This document shows positions 45,825-59,200 of a DNA stretch of 64,000 nucleotides, piece after piece. The DNA lies in NCBI GenBank assembly GCA_051362555.1, contig CM120647.1, forward strand, positions 248,001 through 312,000. Direction: 5' to 3'. Position 1 is the stretch's first letter. The number at the start of each line of letters is the position of its first letter. The stretch is from Lingula anatina. Taxonomy: Eukaryota; Animalia; Brachiopoda. Both the position numbers and the translations under genes were made by a program. The notes under the pieces are model-generated. The model was not told the DNA's origin. It was given only the letters and a program-made list of their open reading frames with translations, and did not search any database.

Positions 45825-45900
45825 GTCAAACCAGGGATCGAACTCGGGACCTCCCGCTTACAATAAAGATCAACTGCTTTACCGCCTGAGCTATCTGACC
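45825..45900 (-). pseudogene. tRNA-derived sequence (pseudo-tRNA or SINE head)
   Basis: Minus strand has A box TAGCTCAGGCGG and B box GTTCGATCC, with GTCA...TGAC acceptor-like pairing. The anticodon arm is degenerate, and a T-rich tract follows. Confidence 0.55.
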
Positions 45901-45997
45901 CCCCTCCCCCATTCTAAATCCGCCACTGGCGGGGGTCGAGGCGCGTCTCGGCAATTTTATGACTTAAATAAACGCCTTTGAAGTAATGTAGTCATTG

Positions 45998-46191
45998 GGA
46001 CCATTCAGAATGAGCATGGGCACATAACAGTAAATAAATCTCGTCTCAATTTGACCGGTGGAAGGACGACGCGTGGGGAGGCATATTAGAGGAGAGATCA
46101 TAACAGGATTAAGCGGTCTTCCTTTCATGTAGGTCCGCCATATTTAGGCCGTGGCAAGCTAGCACTAGGCTCTTCTCATTCTGAATGGTCC
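45998..46191. mobile_element. MITE, 17-bp perfect TIR GGACCATTCAGAATGAG, 3-bp TSD TTG (PIF/Harbinger-like)
   Basis: TIRs and the TTG duplication can be read directly. Confidence 0.72.
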
Positions 46192-46208
46192 TTGTGACAT
46201 AAGTAAAC

Positions 46209-46276
46209 GCCTTGGTGGTTCAGTGGTAGAGTGCTCGCCTGCTACTTGGACGATCCCGATTCGATTCCCGGCATGT
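46209..46276 (+). pseudogene. Degenerate tRNA-Gly(GCC)-derived sequence
   Basis: GCCTTGGTGGTTCAGTGGTAGAGTGCTCGCCTGCTAC...GATTCGATTCCCGGC follows the eukaryotic tRNA-Gly-GCC pattern, with broken stems and an altered anticodon. Confidence 0.6.
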
Positions 46277-47110
46277 TTGGAAATAATATGGGCATGAATC
46301 TTTCAGCTCATCCTTCAGCAGTTCTCTTTAGATTATCTGTTTTCCTGAAAAGAAATTTTGAGGATACGGCAGCTGTGAACGCGTCTGCGAATAAATTACT
46401 GAGATCTTTTATAGTAGGGTTCGTAATGAATAATCTGATAGTACGTGTAGAGTGGGGAAAAATCGCATCTTGTTTTCACTAACAGAATCCCACACAGTTG
46501 TCAGACATATATACCTTCATTCTACACATGAAATCTGATTGCTTATTTTGAAGCCTTCTGCTGACCCAGCGAACCCTTTTATATTTTTTCGTTTATATTT
46601 CATTATTCCTTTTTGTTTTTCATATTTTCTGAGTGAGAAACTGGTAAAACAGATTTTATACGTTACATCACATTTCCTCTCGCTGCTTATCTCTAAACCT
46701 TATTGTGCTACACACTGTATTCCCTGTACATAACAGGTCTAGTGTACACTGTATTCCCTGTAAATAATAGGTTTCTTGTTTATAAATGGGGTTTCCTCTG
46801 ATTCATGCTATTAATTATAAATCTCTCCAATACCGATATCCAACAGTCTTAATAATATATTTTTAAAAATTGAACCATTGGATAGGATATGTTCATGGCC
46901 AAAAATGCTATATGCTTGTGACTTATTCGACATTAAATATGAGCATTGGAATTTATATTCAAGACACTTACAGTAAGTTATATTGCTGAGGGGGAGGGGT
47001 CTTGAAGGGGAATGTCCTTGTTAAATGAATAGGGTGACGTCGTCTTTGGTTGTGTGTTGGCTTAAAAGGTGGTAACTTCCCTGGCGATATCGATATTTAT
47101 CTACAGTCAT

Positions 47111-47625
47111 TTTTATATACAGACACTAAGTGTCTGTCGTTGCCGTCCGACACATGACGTTCACCCCGTAACTGCTAAACCATATTTTTTTTACTTTAAA
47201 TTTATTGTGTGGCTTTGTTTGGTAAACAGGCAGGTTGTTTTCTAGAAATAGCTTGATCAGTTTACAATTATGGTAATTATTCTGTTTTTTATGCACAATT
47301 TTGGTGACGGTTGCCTCATAACTGCCAAACCGTATTTTTGTGGCTTTGTTTGGTAAAGAGGCAGGTTGCTTTTGAAAATCGGCATGATTGGTTTACATTT
47401 ACTGTAATTATTCTGTTTTTTTTTTTGTTTGTAAAGAGGCAGGTTGCTTTTGAAAATCGGCATGATTGGCTTACATTTACTGTAATTATTCTATTTTTTT
47501 GTTTGTAAAGAGGCAGGTTGCTCTTGAAAATCGGCATGATTGGTTTACATTTACTGTTCTGTTTTTTTTTTTTGTTTGAATATTTTATTTTTTAAACAGC
47601 ACTTTCAGTGTCTGCTATACAGGTA
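47111..47625 (+). mobile_element. Possible short HINE-like element with ~78-bp internal repeats
   Basis: T-run plus CAGACAC...GTGTCTG inverted repeat and GTC repeats, tandem AGAGGCAGGTTGCTTTTGAAAATCGGCATGATTGG units, and a 3' AGTGTCTG. Confidence 0.45.
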
Positions 47626-47767
47626 GCCCATGGAACTGAATTACTTGCTGGTTTTTTAATATCCATGTTACCTGTAATACATAATGTAAGAGGATAAGAA
47701 TGATTATACTGTTTTAAAGCATGTAATATTGCATCAAAATTGGCCAAAACATTGGTGCACTCTTGGT

Positions 47768-48138
47768 GCAAACCTGGTGGTATCCATCTCAGAGGAATCA
47801 ATCCTGGTGGTATCCATCTCAGAGGAAGCAAACCTGGTGGTATCCATCTAGGAGGAATCAAACCTGGTTGTATCCATCTCAGAGGAATCAAACCTGGTGG
47901 TATCCATCTCAGAGGAAGGCAACCTGGTGGTATCCATCTCAGAGGAAGCAAACCTGGTGGTATCCATCTAGGAGGAATCAAACCTGGTTGTATCCATCTC
48001 AGAGGAATCAAACCTGGTTGTATCCATCTCAGAGGAAGGAAACCTGGTGTTATCCATCTCAGAGGAAGCAAACCTGGTGGTATCATCTAGGAGGAATCAA
48101 ACCTGGTTGTATCCATCTCAGAGGATGGAAACCTGGTG
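47768..48138. repeat. 30-bp minisatellite (~12 copies)
   Basis: AACCTGGTGGTATCCATCTCAGAGGAAGCA units. Confidence 0.93.
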
Positions 48139-48915
48139 TACAAATGAATATGAAGCGGACTCTCTGTCATGGTGGACTCTGTCACGTTACAACAGGTCTT
48201 GACAAATGGCAGTTTCATACACTTCAGTCATAAGTTACTACTGTCCAGGAAATGACCACTGAATTTTAGTGATATTAACTTCTGATGAAACTTCTTTGAA
48301 AGTAGATATCAAGTCACAAACAAATATTTGTACGTCACCATTCACCATTTATTGACAATCCTGTGAGTTACGCATGTCTTATGTCTTATCTCTGACAGGA
48401 ATAAGTTAATAATTTGAATTTTGTTTTGTTAACACAAAACATCTCCATGACTAAAACTTCATATTTTACAAGAAAATTCATTAACCATCCTGGTATACTG
48501 AGTCCACAGTTCTTCCATATTCAACATTACATCATTAACAAAACAGCCTCAAAATCTCCTGCTTCATTTGAAAAGAAAACTCTTCACCTTGCATGCTTTC
48601 TGCTACACTGACCACAAATACAAGGGTATTCAATATTTAGAAGTATTTACACTCTGACAATAGTTTGTCATAAACTACATTTATGTCTCCAGTTTTACTA
48701 AACAATAAATAGTTTTATATAAACATTCTACTATTACATCATATCCTGTGTCATGTCAATATCACACAGCACTTTGTCACCGTGTCATTGTCACAGAGTA
48801 CAATATCAGCTACAAATACATATCCTCTCTGCCAGTTTCCTTCAACTGTATGCCCAGGTAGTGGCCATGCTGTATCTTGTCATGCCAGGTGTAATGCCAG
48901 GTGTCATGCCAGGTG

Positions 48916-51691
48916 TTATGCCTTAGCAGGGACAACCCCAGGCCCTGAGGGTTTAGCTACCTCTTCCAGCTGTTTACCCAAATATTCCCTGCAGAATAAG
49001 AAAGAAAATCTCAGCTCTTGACAAACAACAGCAGTATCATGAACCTCAACACTCCCTGCACAACTGAAAAGAAATTATGAACTCTTCTCAGACAACAACA
49101 ATATCACAAACTTTAAGGCTAACCCATGAATAATGTGGAATATTTACGTAAGTTTGTCTAAAAGCAACTCATAATGTAGTTGTTGGTCAAAGTTGAAGGT
49201 ATGTCAAGATCTTCCTGAAAAATTCTGACCAATTTCCAGAAACTGTGATAACCCCCTGAATCCTCTCCCTGATTAGGGAATAGATTAAAGAAAACAAAAG
49301 CTCTTCTTACCAGTTGTGGACCATAAGTTTCTGCACTGCTAACAAAGCTTCATATCTGACGTTGGGGTCATCATGGGTGAGATGCTGCATCACAAGCTGC
49401 TTGCCTCCAAGTTGCTCTATAACACTGAAAATATAACAATATATCACAATATATCATTTATGGAATAATGGAAATATAACTCTATATCACAATATATCAA
49501 TTATGTAACTGGATATATCACAATATATCACTTATATAATACCAGAAATATAACAATATATCATTTATATAACACTGGAAATATTACAATATATCACAAT
49601 ATATCATTTATGGAATAATGGAAATATAACTCTATATCACAATATATCAATTATGTAACTGGATATATCACAATATATCACTTATATAATACCAGAAATA
49701 TAACAATATATCATTTATATAACACTGGAAATATTACAATATATCACAATATATCATTTATGGAATAATGGAAATAACTATATATCACAATATATCAATT
49801 ATGTAACTGGAAATATAACAATATATCACTTATATAATACCAGAAATATAACAATATATCACAATATATCATTTATATAACATTGGAAATATAACAATAT
49901 ATCACACTATATTATTTATAAAACACTGGTAATATAACATCACTACTATACTCCAGGTAACATAGAGGCATGCCACAAAAACAAATACTGTAATATAGCC
50001 AGCTTCATACTAACAAAGTATGGAGAACTGCTAGTATTTAAAATGTTAAAAAATATATATAAACTTGGTGTGTACCATTATGTAACATAAAATAGTGCTC
50101 ATGTTGCAAGATACTAACAGATCATGTAATTTTTTATTCAAGATGAACCCCTATTTCAACCCAGTACAAGTTACGTAGAGATCTTGTTGTAAAAAACTCA
50201 CTGTTTTCCTCTAGGGTAATGTCGAACATACTCCCCAATGTCGTGAGCGGCCACTGACAGCACCAGAGGATCTTTGCTGGTCTCCAAATACTTGATTAAC
50301 ATCCTGAGAATATAGCAAGTGCATAAGAATAAATATAGTTTATGTTACAAAAACAGTGTCAAATGTTCAAATGGCATTTTCTCTCCAGAACCTCTCAGAC
50401 TTGTGAACTGAACTCACTAACACAGACATCCCATACTTACTTGAGTAATTCATAATTCTTTTCATTCAATCTGATGGCATTTTCTCTCCAGAATCTCTCA
50501 GACTTGTGGACTGGACTCCACTCCATGCGGCCTGACTTTACCTCAGACTGGTACTCATCAAAGGAACTGAGGAAGAGAACAAAGTTTCATTCTGTGTAAT
50601 GATCCTATATATAAATTGACATACTTCATTTCTTGGCAACCCAAAATTATCCAACCGTCAGTCCAAAATGACAGGCATCGAATTTCGAGGCCGACCAGCG
50701 CCCTTTGGTGTGGGGTTCGGGGCCTGCTTAAGGGCCTGCAAATTTTTTTGGTGTTTTGGAGAGCAAACAGTGCCCTTTGGTACAGTTTAGAACTATCATT
50801 AAGCTAGTCAAAATTCCAATGTGAAGGGGGAATATTGCTGTGATATATTTTTTAGAAACCGAGGGGGGGGGGGGGGGGGTTCATGACTCCCCCTTCTCTA
50901 AATCTGCCACTGGTCTATTTAATGTCTTATAAGACCCCATCCTTCACCACTGAGTAAAACTTGCACACAGATGCCTTAAACTTCATATAAAATATCTTTA
51001 TTAAAAATGTCCACCAAATCCAAGATGGCAGCCATACCTAAGATCTTGCACACTGGCCTGAAGTTTTTCAGAGAGAAATTGCACATCATCCTCCAGGTCC
51101 GGGTCATCAAACTTTCTGCCTTCCATCAACTGAAGTTGCTTCAGTACCTTGCACTGCACCATGGAGAGGCTGTGGTCCTGGATGATTTCCCGGTCCTGGG
51201 GCTTCTCTAACAGGTTCTGGAACAATATCATAACTAACTGAGAGACCATTCCCAGAGTTCCAACTTTGGATCGATCTATCTCCAAGGGGATTCTCGCTAA
51301 ATTGCAATTAACTTAAACGGTTTAAATGTCTGTCACTCCTACTAAAGCTGTTAGAGGGTAATTAACTACCCGAGACAGAGCGTGAACGAAAGTTAATTAC
51401 CCCCTTGCTGATTCAGTAGGCCTGACAGCCGCCTAAGTGGATAGCAATTTAGAGCGACTCCCCATGGAGTTGGACTGATCCTCTTGGATTGAGCTAGGCA
51501 TGGGAACCCAGTTTGAGTTGACACTGACACATCTTGAATTGTGTATCAGCCATAGGACCTCAAACTACAGTATTTACTGAGATATGCACTGTCTTCCTTT
51601 CATAGCTTTTTGTCAGACATGAAGATAACTGAACTAGTCAAAGGTCACCTCTACAAATATGCATTAGTGAGTAAAAACAAATGCTTTAACT

Positions 51692-51742
<51 letters not shown>

Positions 51743-54700
51743 AGTGTTATATAAAACACAAAGGACTCACCCTAAATGTGGCCAAAATGATCCGGGTCAC
51801 CTTCTCCTTCACTGACTCTCCCAGTATGTCAGCCAAGATGGGGATGACATTGTATCTAAATGTATAAATATATGTCGAAGTATATCTAAATACAAATAGG
51901 CTGTAATTTAGTAGAATGTGAACATACAAATAACATTGTATAACATTATGAAGAGCAATGTATAGACATGTACAAACAAGTTGATATAAATGCTGAGCAC
52001 ACAGCTGCTATACTGAGGTACTGTACTCACTTGTTCATCTTCTCAGCCAGCTCAGGGTTGAAGGTCATACACCACAGACAGAAGGTCAACTGGTACTGAA
52101 TCTGGAAGCCAACCTTGCCAGGGAGAACTTGGATAATCCTGGGATAGAACACAATATGTTACTTAATAACCAACATGGCCAGGGAGAACTTGGATAATCC
52201 TGGGATAGAACACAATATGTTACTTAATAACCAACCTTGCCAGGGAGAACTTGGATAATCCTGGGAAAGATCACAATATGTTACATAATAACCAACCTTG
52301 CCAGGGAGAACTTGGATAATCCTGGGACAGATCAGGGGAAGAAGGATGTCACAATATGTCACTTCCTAGATCATTTTAACTATATGGCTACTACACTTTA
52401 TGATCTCACACACTCCCAACAGGGGCAGATTTAGGGCGTCTTCTGGGTCTTCCGGAAGACGGTCAGATTTTCAAGTTTACATTGACGGGTATCTAATATT
52501 TTCTGTCGGAAGACAGTCAAAAATAGAGGATGGACTAACAAAGATAATTTGGAAGACTGTCAGAAAATATCTCTGGATCAACCGCTGCCCAAGATACTAG
52601 TACTTCAAATATTCGTAACATCTAAAATTAAGTGTGCCTGTACTTATATACTAATACATTTCATATTGACAAAAGCATGCCAGTACTCACATACTTATGC
52701 CCTCCACATTGACAAAATCATGCCTGTACTTACATACTTATGCCGTCCACATTAACAAAAGCATGCCTGTACTCGTCGATTCTTAGCATCATCTGCAGAC
52801 AGCGACAGACGGTTTGTAAGTATTCATTGCTCTGGAAAATAAAGGAATAATTACACAACTGAGAATAAGTTTTAGATAACAGACTGAAATCAAATGCCAA
52901 AAAAGGATATTCCACATTAAAAAATGTATTTTTCAGATATTTCATGATTTTCATAACTTAAAATTGAAGTAGCAAGTTTGACCTGGTTCTGCTAAGTAAA
53001 TCTTTGATCCAGATTTAATCTAATGTCTTCACTGATGGCTGGTTTTCATATCAGTAAAACTTAAAACACAATATCTTTTCCAATCCTAAAGTACAGAAGC
53101 ATCCCTACACCATGGACTAAATATTTTCTAGGTAAGTATAATGAAGAATACCGTGAGTAATAAAGCATGCAGGCATTCAATATAACATCCTGTCCACCAG
53201 TTCTTATGCTGGTTATGAGGAAACCAGGCCAGTTGCACTGATTAGAGGCAGAATTATGTTATAAAAACACATGCAAATGACAACTGATTAAAACAATTCA
53301 ACCAGGCCCATAGCCAGGGGGGGGGGGGTTTCGGGGGTTAGAAAGAACAGCCCTTTTTGTGGGGAAAAGGTCCACTCTGGGTAGAATTTGATCTAGGTAC
53401 ATGAAGTTTTTATGGAAAAAGATCCACTTTTTCAGAAAAAGAACCCCCTTTTGAAATTGCTGGCTACGGGCCTGTCAACCCACCCAAAGTAAAGACACCA
53501 GAGAAGGAAAAGTGGCAGTCTAAACAGCATTAGCCAATTGTTTGTCAGCATTTAGGTTCACAAACAGACAATCAATCAAAAGATACAGTAACTATACTCT
53601 GTTTGACATAGATAATGTCAACATTACCAGGGACGGATCCAGAATGACAGGCCTCAGAGGGGTGAGGGGTTTGGGCCTGCTCAAGGGCCCCAAAAATTTG
53701 TGGTGTTTTGGAGAGCAAACAGTGCCCTTTGGTATGGTTTAGAACTATGATTTAGCTAGTCAAAATTCTAATTTCAAGAGGAAAATATTGGTGTGATATA
53801 TTTTTCAGAAACCAAAGATTACTGTCTTCTAGTACACCCTGACCCCACACATACTGGCAGTCTCATGTGTTGTCCTTAGATTGACTCCGCCTACTTAATC
53901 AATCTCTGGTGTAGTCATAAATTTCATCCTGCCCAAACTTTCAATCACTTAAACCTGGTCCCACCTACTCTGTCAATCACCAGTGTAGTCCTAAGCCTGA
54001 CCCCACCCAGTCTGTCAATCACCAGTGTAGTCCTAAGCCTGACCCCACCCAGTCTGTCAATCACCAGTGTAGTCCTAAGCCTGACCCCTCCCAGTCTGTC
54101 AATCACCAGTGTAGCCCTAAGCCTGACCCCACCCAGTCTGTCAATCACCAGTGTAGCCCTAAGCCTGACCCCACCCAGTCTGTCAATCACCAGTGTAGCC
54201 CTAAGCCTGACCCCACCCAGTCTGTCAATCACCAGTGTAGCCCTAAGCCTGACCCCACCCAGTCTGTCAATCCCATGTGTGAAGATAAATGTGTGTGTAT
54301 GTGTTTGTGGAGGTAAAACTGCCAACATATATCAGTTTCAATGAATTTTCATATCTAGAAATATAACTAACATTTTTCCACAACTAATTAGATCATATCT
54401 GCAGAGAGGACAGATGTGTTTTGTTAACTTCTACACATGCAGTGGCAGTTACATCAAGTTTGAAATACATCAAATAGAGAAAAATGTTTGGCCATGAGTT
54501 GAACAGTTTTAATCATCACTTTCAAAAAATTCTTCAAATAGAGAAAAGCAAAGTTCAGTGTTGCTAAGAGGGAAATAAAAGAATGAATAAAATATCTAGA
54601 GAAGGTGATCACAGCAAATTAAGAATACTGCAAAGTCATTCCATGTCTATATCACAAAAGAAGCTTGCATTAAGAGAGTTGGACAGAAAGTGTTAAAGTG

Positions 54701-56246
54701 TAAATTTGCAAACTCAACACTTGTGTACTTGGCACATTTTGATTCTTATATTTTTCTGGTGCTTTTCGCAAGTTAATATAATATTATACTACTTGGCATT
54801 GTGAGAGCTTACCACCCCCCGCCTCCACACACACACACACACACAGAATGGTCCCAAACTCACACTGGTCCCAGGTGTGTTCCTGGACTGCTGTTTCCAC
54901 AGCTGAAATCACAATGTTAGGTGAGACACTGGTAGGTGAGCCAGTGATGAGAGAATGTGTTAGATGTGACATTGATGACAGAATGTGCTGGACGTGACAT
55001 TGATGAGATGTGTTAGGTGTGACAGTGATGAGAGCATGTGTTAAATGTGACAGTGAGATGTGAATGTGTTAGATGTGACAGTGAGATGTGAATGTGTTAG
55101 ATGTGACAGTGAGATGCGAATGTGTTAGATGTGACAGTGAGGTGTGAATGTGTTAGATGTGACAGTGAGATGTGAATGTGTTAGATGTGACAGTGAGATG
55201 TGAATGTGTTAGATGTGACAGTGAGATGTGAATGTGTTAGATGTGACAGTGAGGTGTGAATGTGTTAGATGTGACAGTGAGATGTGAATGTGTTAGGTGT
55301 GACAGTGAGGTGTGAATGTGTTAGATGTGACAGTGAGATGTGAATGTGTTAGGTGTGACAGTGAGATGTGAATGTGTTAGATGTGACAGTGAGATGTGAA
55401 TGTGTTAGATGTGACAGTGAGATGTGAATGTGTTAGATGTGACAGTGAGGTGTGAATGTGTTAGGTGTGACAGTGAGATGTGAATGTGTTAGGTGTGACA
55501 GTGAGATGTGAATGTGTTAGATGTGACAGTGAGATGTGAATGTGTTAGATGTGACAGTGTTCTAAGACTGTTTCCAAAGCTTAAATCACAATATGTGGAC
55601 AACTGCTTTAATACCACACTTCTCCAATGTCTACGTGAGTGTGCACGCACGCACACACACACACACACACACATCAGGGGCTCCAACAGGACCTGATTTT
55701 AGTGAATTTTTTAGTTTTCATGTCATCACTCAATTTGTGTAGAAATAAACAAAGATAAACTTCATTATCTTTCGGCCAAGGTGAACCTAGTACCATTGAT
55801 TTAATGTTATTTTATTTCCTTTTTATATGTATTTTATCACATACAATGGCTGAATAAATAATATAACCACAGTCCTGGGATTGGCATGCTGGTTTGACTA
55901 TAAACACCCGAGACGTCACACAGACTACTTACTGCACAGAACAACACAAACATGCAGTAGTCTCCACATAACACACCGAATAAAAACATGCAAAACTAAA
56001 AAAAAAAAAAAAAAAAAAAAAAAAACTGACAGCTGCAGAGAAACAGAAACTGCACCTGAATGAAGTGCCAAGTAGGAGCAAGATGCAGACCCAGTATTAT
56101 CTATGCTGAAGCCAGCAGGGGTCCTGTTACAAGCAGCTTACCTCCTGGGAGAGACCGGAGACAGACAGGGGAGACACAGAGTGGACCCACCCAGCACACT
56201 CCAGCTTTAGTTCCACAGAAAATGACAACAGTGAAGAATTTAGAAA

Positions 56247-56291
<45 letters not shown>

Positions 56292-59200
56292 CAGAGAGAG
56301 AAACTGATTCAATGAAATTACTCTAAAAATACAGAAAAAGAAGGTACACGAGAACAGACAATGTTATTAGCCAAGGTGTTCTCTGGTTTCTTTTAGTTTA
56401 ATTAAATACTTTATTTCCACATAATCCAACACATTAACTAAGGTTCACAAAAATAGGAAGAAAGTAGAAGGGGAGGGGGTTAAAACACCTGACTTGGTAT
56501 CCATTAAAAAAATAAGGGTAATTGGGGTATATTGTAAAAATTAAAGGTGGAGTTTGGTTCTGTTGTTCTGTAGATTTAAGGCAATGATACTAAGTCAATA
56601 CTAAGAGCTCATGCAGAGACTAACATGGGGGTCAAGGTCAACAACAGACAAGGTTTTCCCCAGCAAACCGTCCAGCTGTCATTTGGGCAGCCGCCGGCAT
56701 CACTGGACAGTCATTATTTTCAAAGACAGCTGGAGGGCTTACACATTTTTTGATGAATGATGACTTGGACCCCATGGCCTTTAGTAGGAAATTACAGATG
56801 ATAATTTTGGATGACCTGTAGCCCCAATGCTGGGAAAAACCCTGACAACAGGTGTCCCTTAACCAGAGACTGAAGACACATTTCACAATAAATAATAAAC
56901 ATAAAAGTAAATATAACAAAATAAACAATGCAAAATAATATTTGAAACACTTTTTAAAAGCCATGCTTTCTACTATCATAAACACTTCTCCTCTCAACTC
57001 TACAGACATCTTGTTCAGCAGTTTTAAGAGGAAATGTGACGTCAGTAATTCCTACAATATTCACAACCAAATTGCCAGTTTTGTCAATGTTTCAAATTGT
57101 TTAAAAATGGTTTCCAAATACATCTCCAGGTTTAAAGTATTCAGACCAAGGCATCAATAATAGTAATGGCATAGTCCCTGCCCCTAACCTCCTTTTCAAA
57201 AGTACAAAGTTGTATCTTATCCCACTGCCTCCCCCAGACAAAGATGTTTACTGTTGCTATAGTTACCTGTCCTTTCATCAGCTGGTCCTTTAGCCAGTTC
57301 AGGTAGAACTGCAGATCTCGGCCGTCCATCAGCTCCTTGCTCCAACAGGCAATCTTGGCGATGACACGGCTACTCTGTAAACAGAAGCAGCAACATTAGA
57401 GTGAGCTGGATTTCACATCTCACTGTCATACCAAACACATTCACATCTCACTGTCACATCTAACACATCTCACTGTCACACCTAACACATTCACACTTTA
57501 CTGCCACATCTTACACAGTCACACCTCACTGTCACACCTAACACATTCACATCTCACTGTCACACCTAACACATTCACATCTCACTGTCACATCTAACAC
57601 ATTCACATGTAACACATTCACACCTCACTGTCACATCTAACACATTCACACCTCACTGTCACATCTAACACTGTCACATCTAACACATTCACACCTCACT
57701 ATCCCATCTAACACATTCACATCTCACCATCACATCAAACACAATCACACATCTACCTGTATCCAGAAGAAAGGCCACACAAACTTCTCCACCCTGCACA
57801 TACCTGGTTGACAATGAACCCATCTGGTCTGTTTAACATATTCAGGAATGGCTCCCACACAGAACATTTGTGATGCTTTGCGTACTGCCTGAACATCTCA
57901 ACTCGACTTTTGTCCTCCTGAAGATTATACATAAAATGATTATAAATCTGTTACTCATAGCCGACTTGTTCAATGCTTTACTTTAGGAATATAAATAATT
58001 CTAACATAGTGACACCTTCCACGGCAGAGCCATGCCTTTCTGTACAGAGTAGCAGTGTGGGTCTCCTGGTAGACTGGACACAGATGGCAGTGTAAATCAA
58101 GACAAGACAATATACAGAGTAGCAGTGTGGGTTATCCTGGCAGAGAGCTACAACTGGACAAGAGTACCCTCTACCAGGGACACAGATTGATATTCCACAA
58201 GATATTCACACGTCTTTAGATATATAGACAGATATTTGGTTCTCTGTCACCCTGTAATGAAATCTCAAGGATGACTACATGGTTGTTAATTGTCTACATT
58301 TCTGCTCAAGCGCTGCCACTTTACAGGCCCAAGCCAAGTCCACTTGACAACAATCAAGACAACTAATTGCTCTGATTTTAATCCTTTTGAATAGCTTGCT
58401 ACTTAAGATTGAAGTTAACTGAGGAATCTCCTGTAGTAACTCCCTACATAATGGGTACAATGCCATCTGTGCACCTGCAGATTTAATTGTTTCCATCTTA
58501 CCAAAAGTTACAGGGTGGCTTTTGGCAAAGCTGCCTATACAGTCTGCCACCCTGGTAGAGGGAAGGACAACAGATGGCAGTGTAAATTAAGACAAGACAA
58601 TTTACCTGTAATATATCATCCAGCATGGTGAGTATGTACTGCATGGTTTGGTCCTTGGAGATGTGGGACATCAGACTCACAAATGTGGTAGCCACCTGGT
58701 GGGAGTGAAAGATAATAAGATAAGAAGGATAATAATTTAATGAGCCAATAAAATACTGATGTACAAAATCGGGAAAAAGAAAAGGAAAAAAAAAAACATG
58801 ATAACAGATGTAAATTAACATTTGTTAAGACCAACAACTAGCAATTTTTTAAATTATCAATCAGGAGCACATCCATCAATTTATTTTCATAATTTGTATA
58901 CCTGTAGTGGGTGTTATATAGAAATAAATAGACTACATACCTGTACTGGATGTTCAGTTATCAGTTGTCTTCTAGTCTCTGGGTTCATGGAAGTGTTAGG
59001 GTCTAGTTTGGTAATGATGTTATACTCTTCTTGGTTGATCATTTGACCTCTGAAATATAAAGACCACATTTAAAGAAAACGAAAAACTTTCCTTCACAAA
59101 ACTAAAGTTATAATCTGAGTGCAATATTTGAAACTAGAAAAAATGATATTTTAACTCAATGAGACTATAATATACTAAGTGAACACAATTTAAAAGCACT

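Noticed and set aside
45825-46276. Functional tRNA genes
   Set aside because: Stems are broken and the anticodon arms are degenerate; treated as tRNA-derived relics.
56638-57009. 123-aa ORF or a 54-nt alternative exon in ATP6V1H intron 6
   Set aside because: No recognisable homology and a weak donor (GTCATC); much weaker than the 56142 candidate.
58275-58550. 91-aa intronic ORF in ATP6V1H
   Set aside because: Non-ATG start and no recognisable domain; flanking exons join in frame without it.
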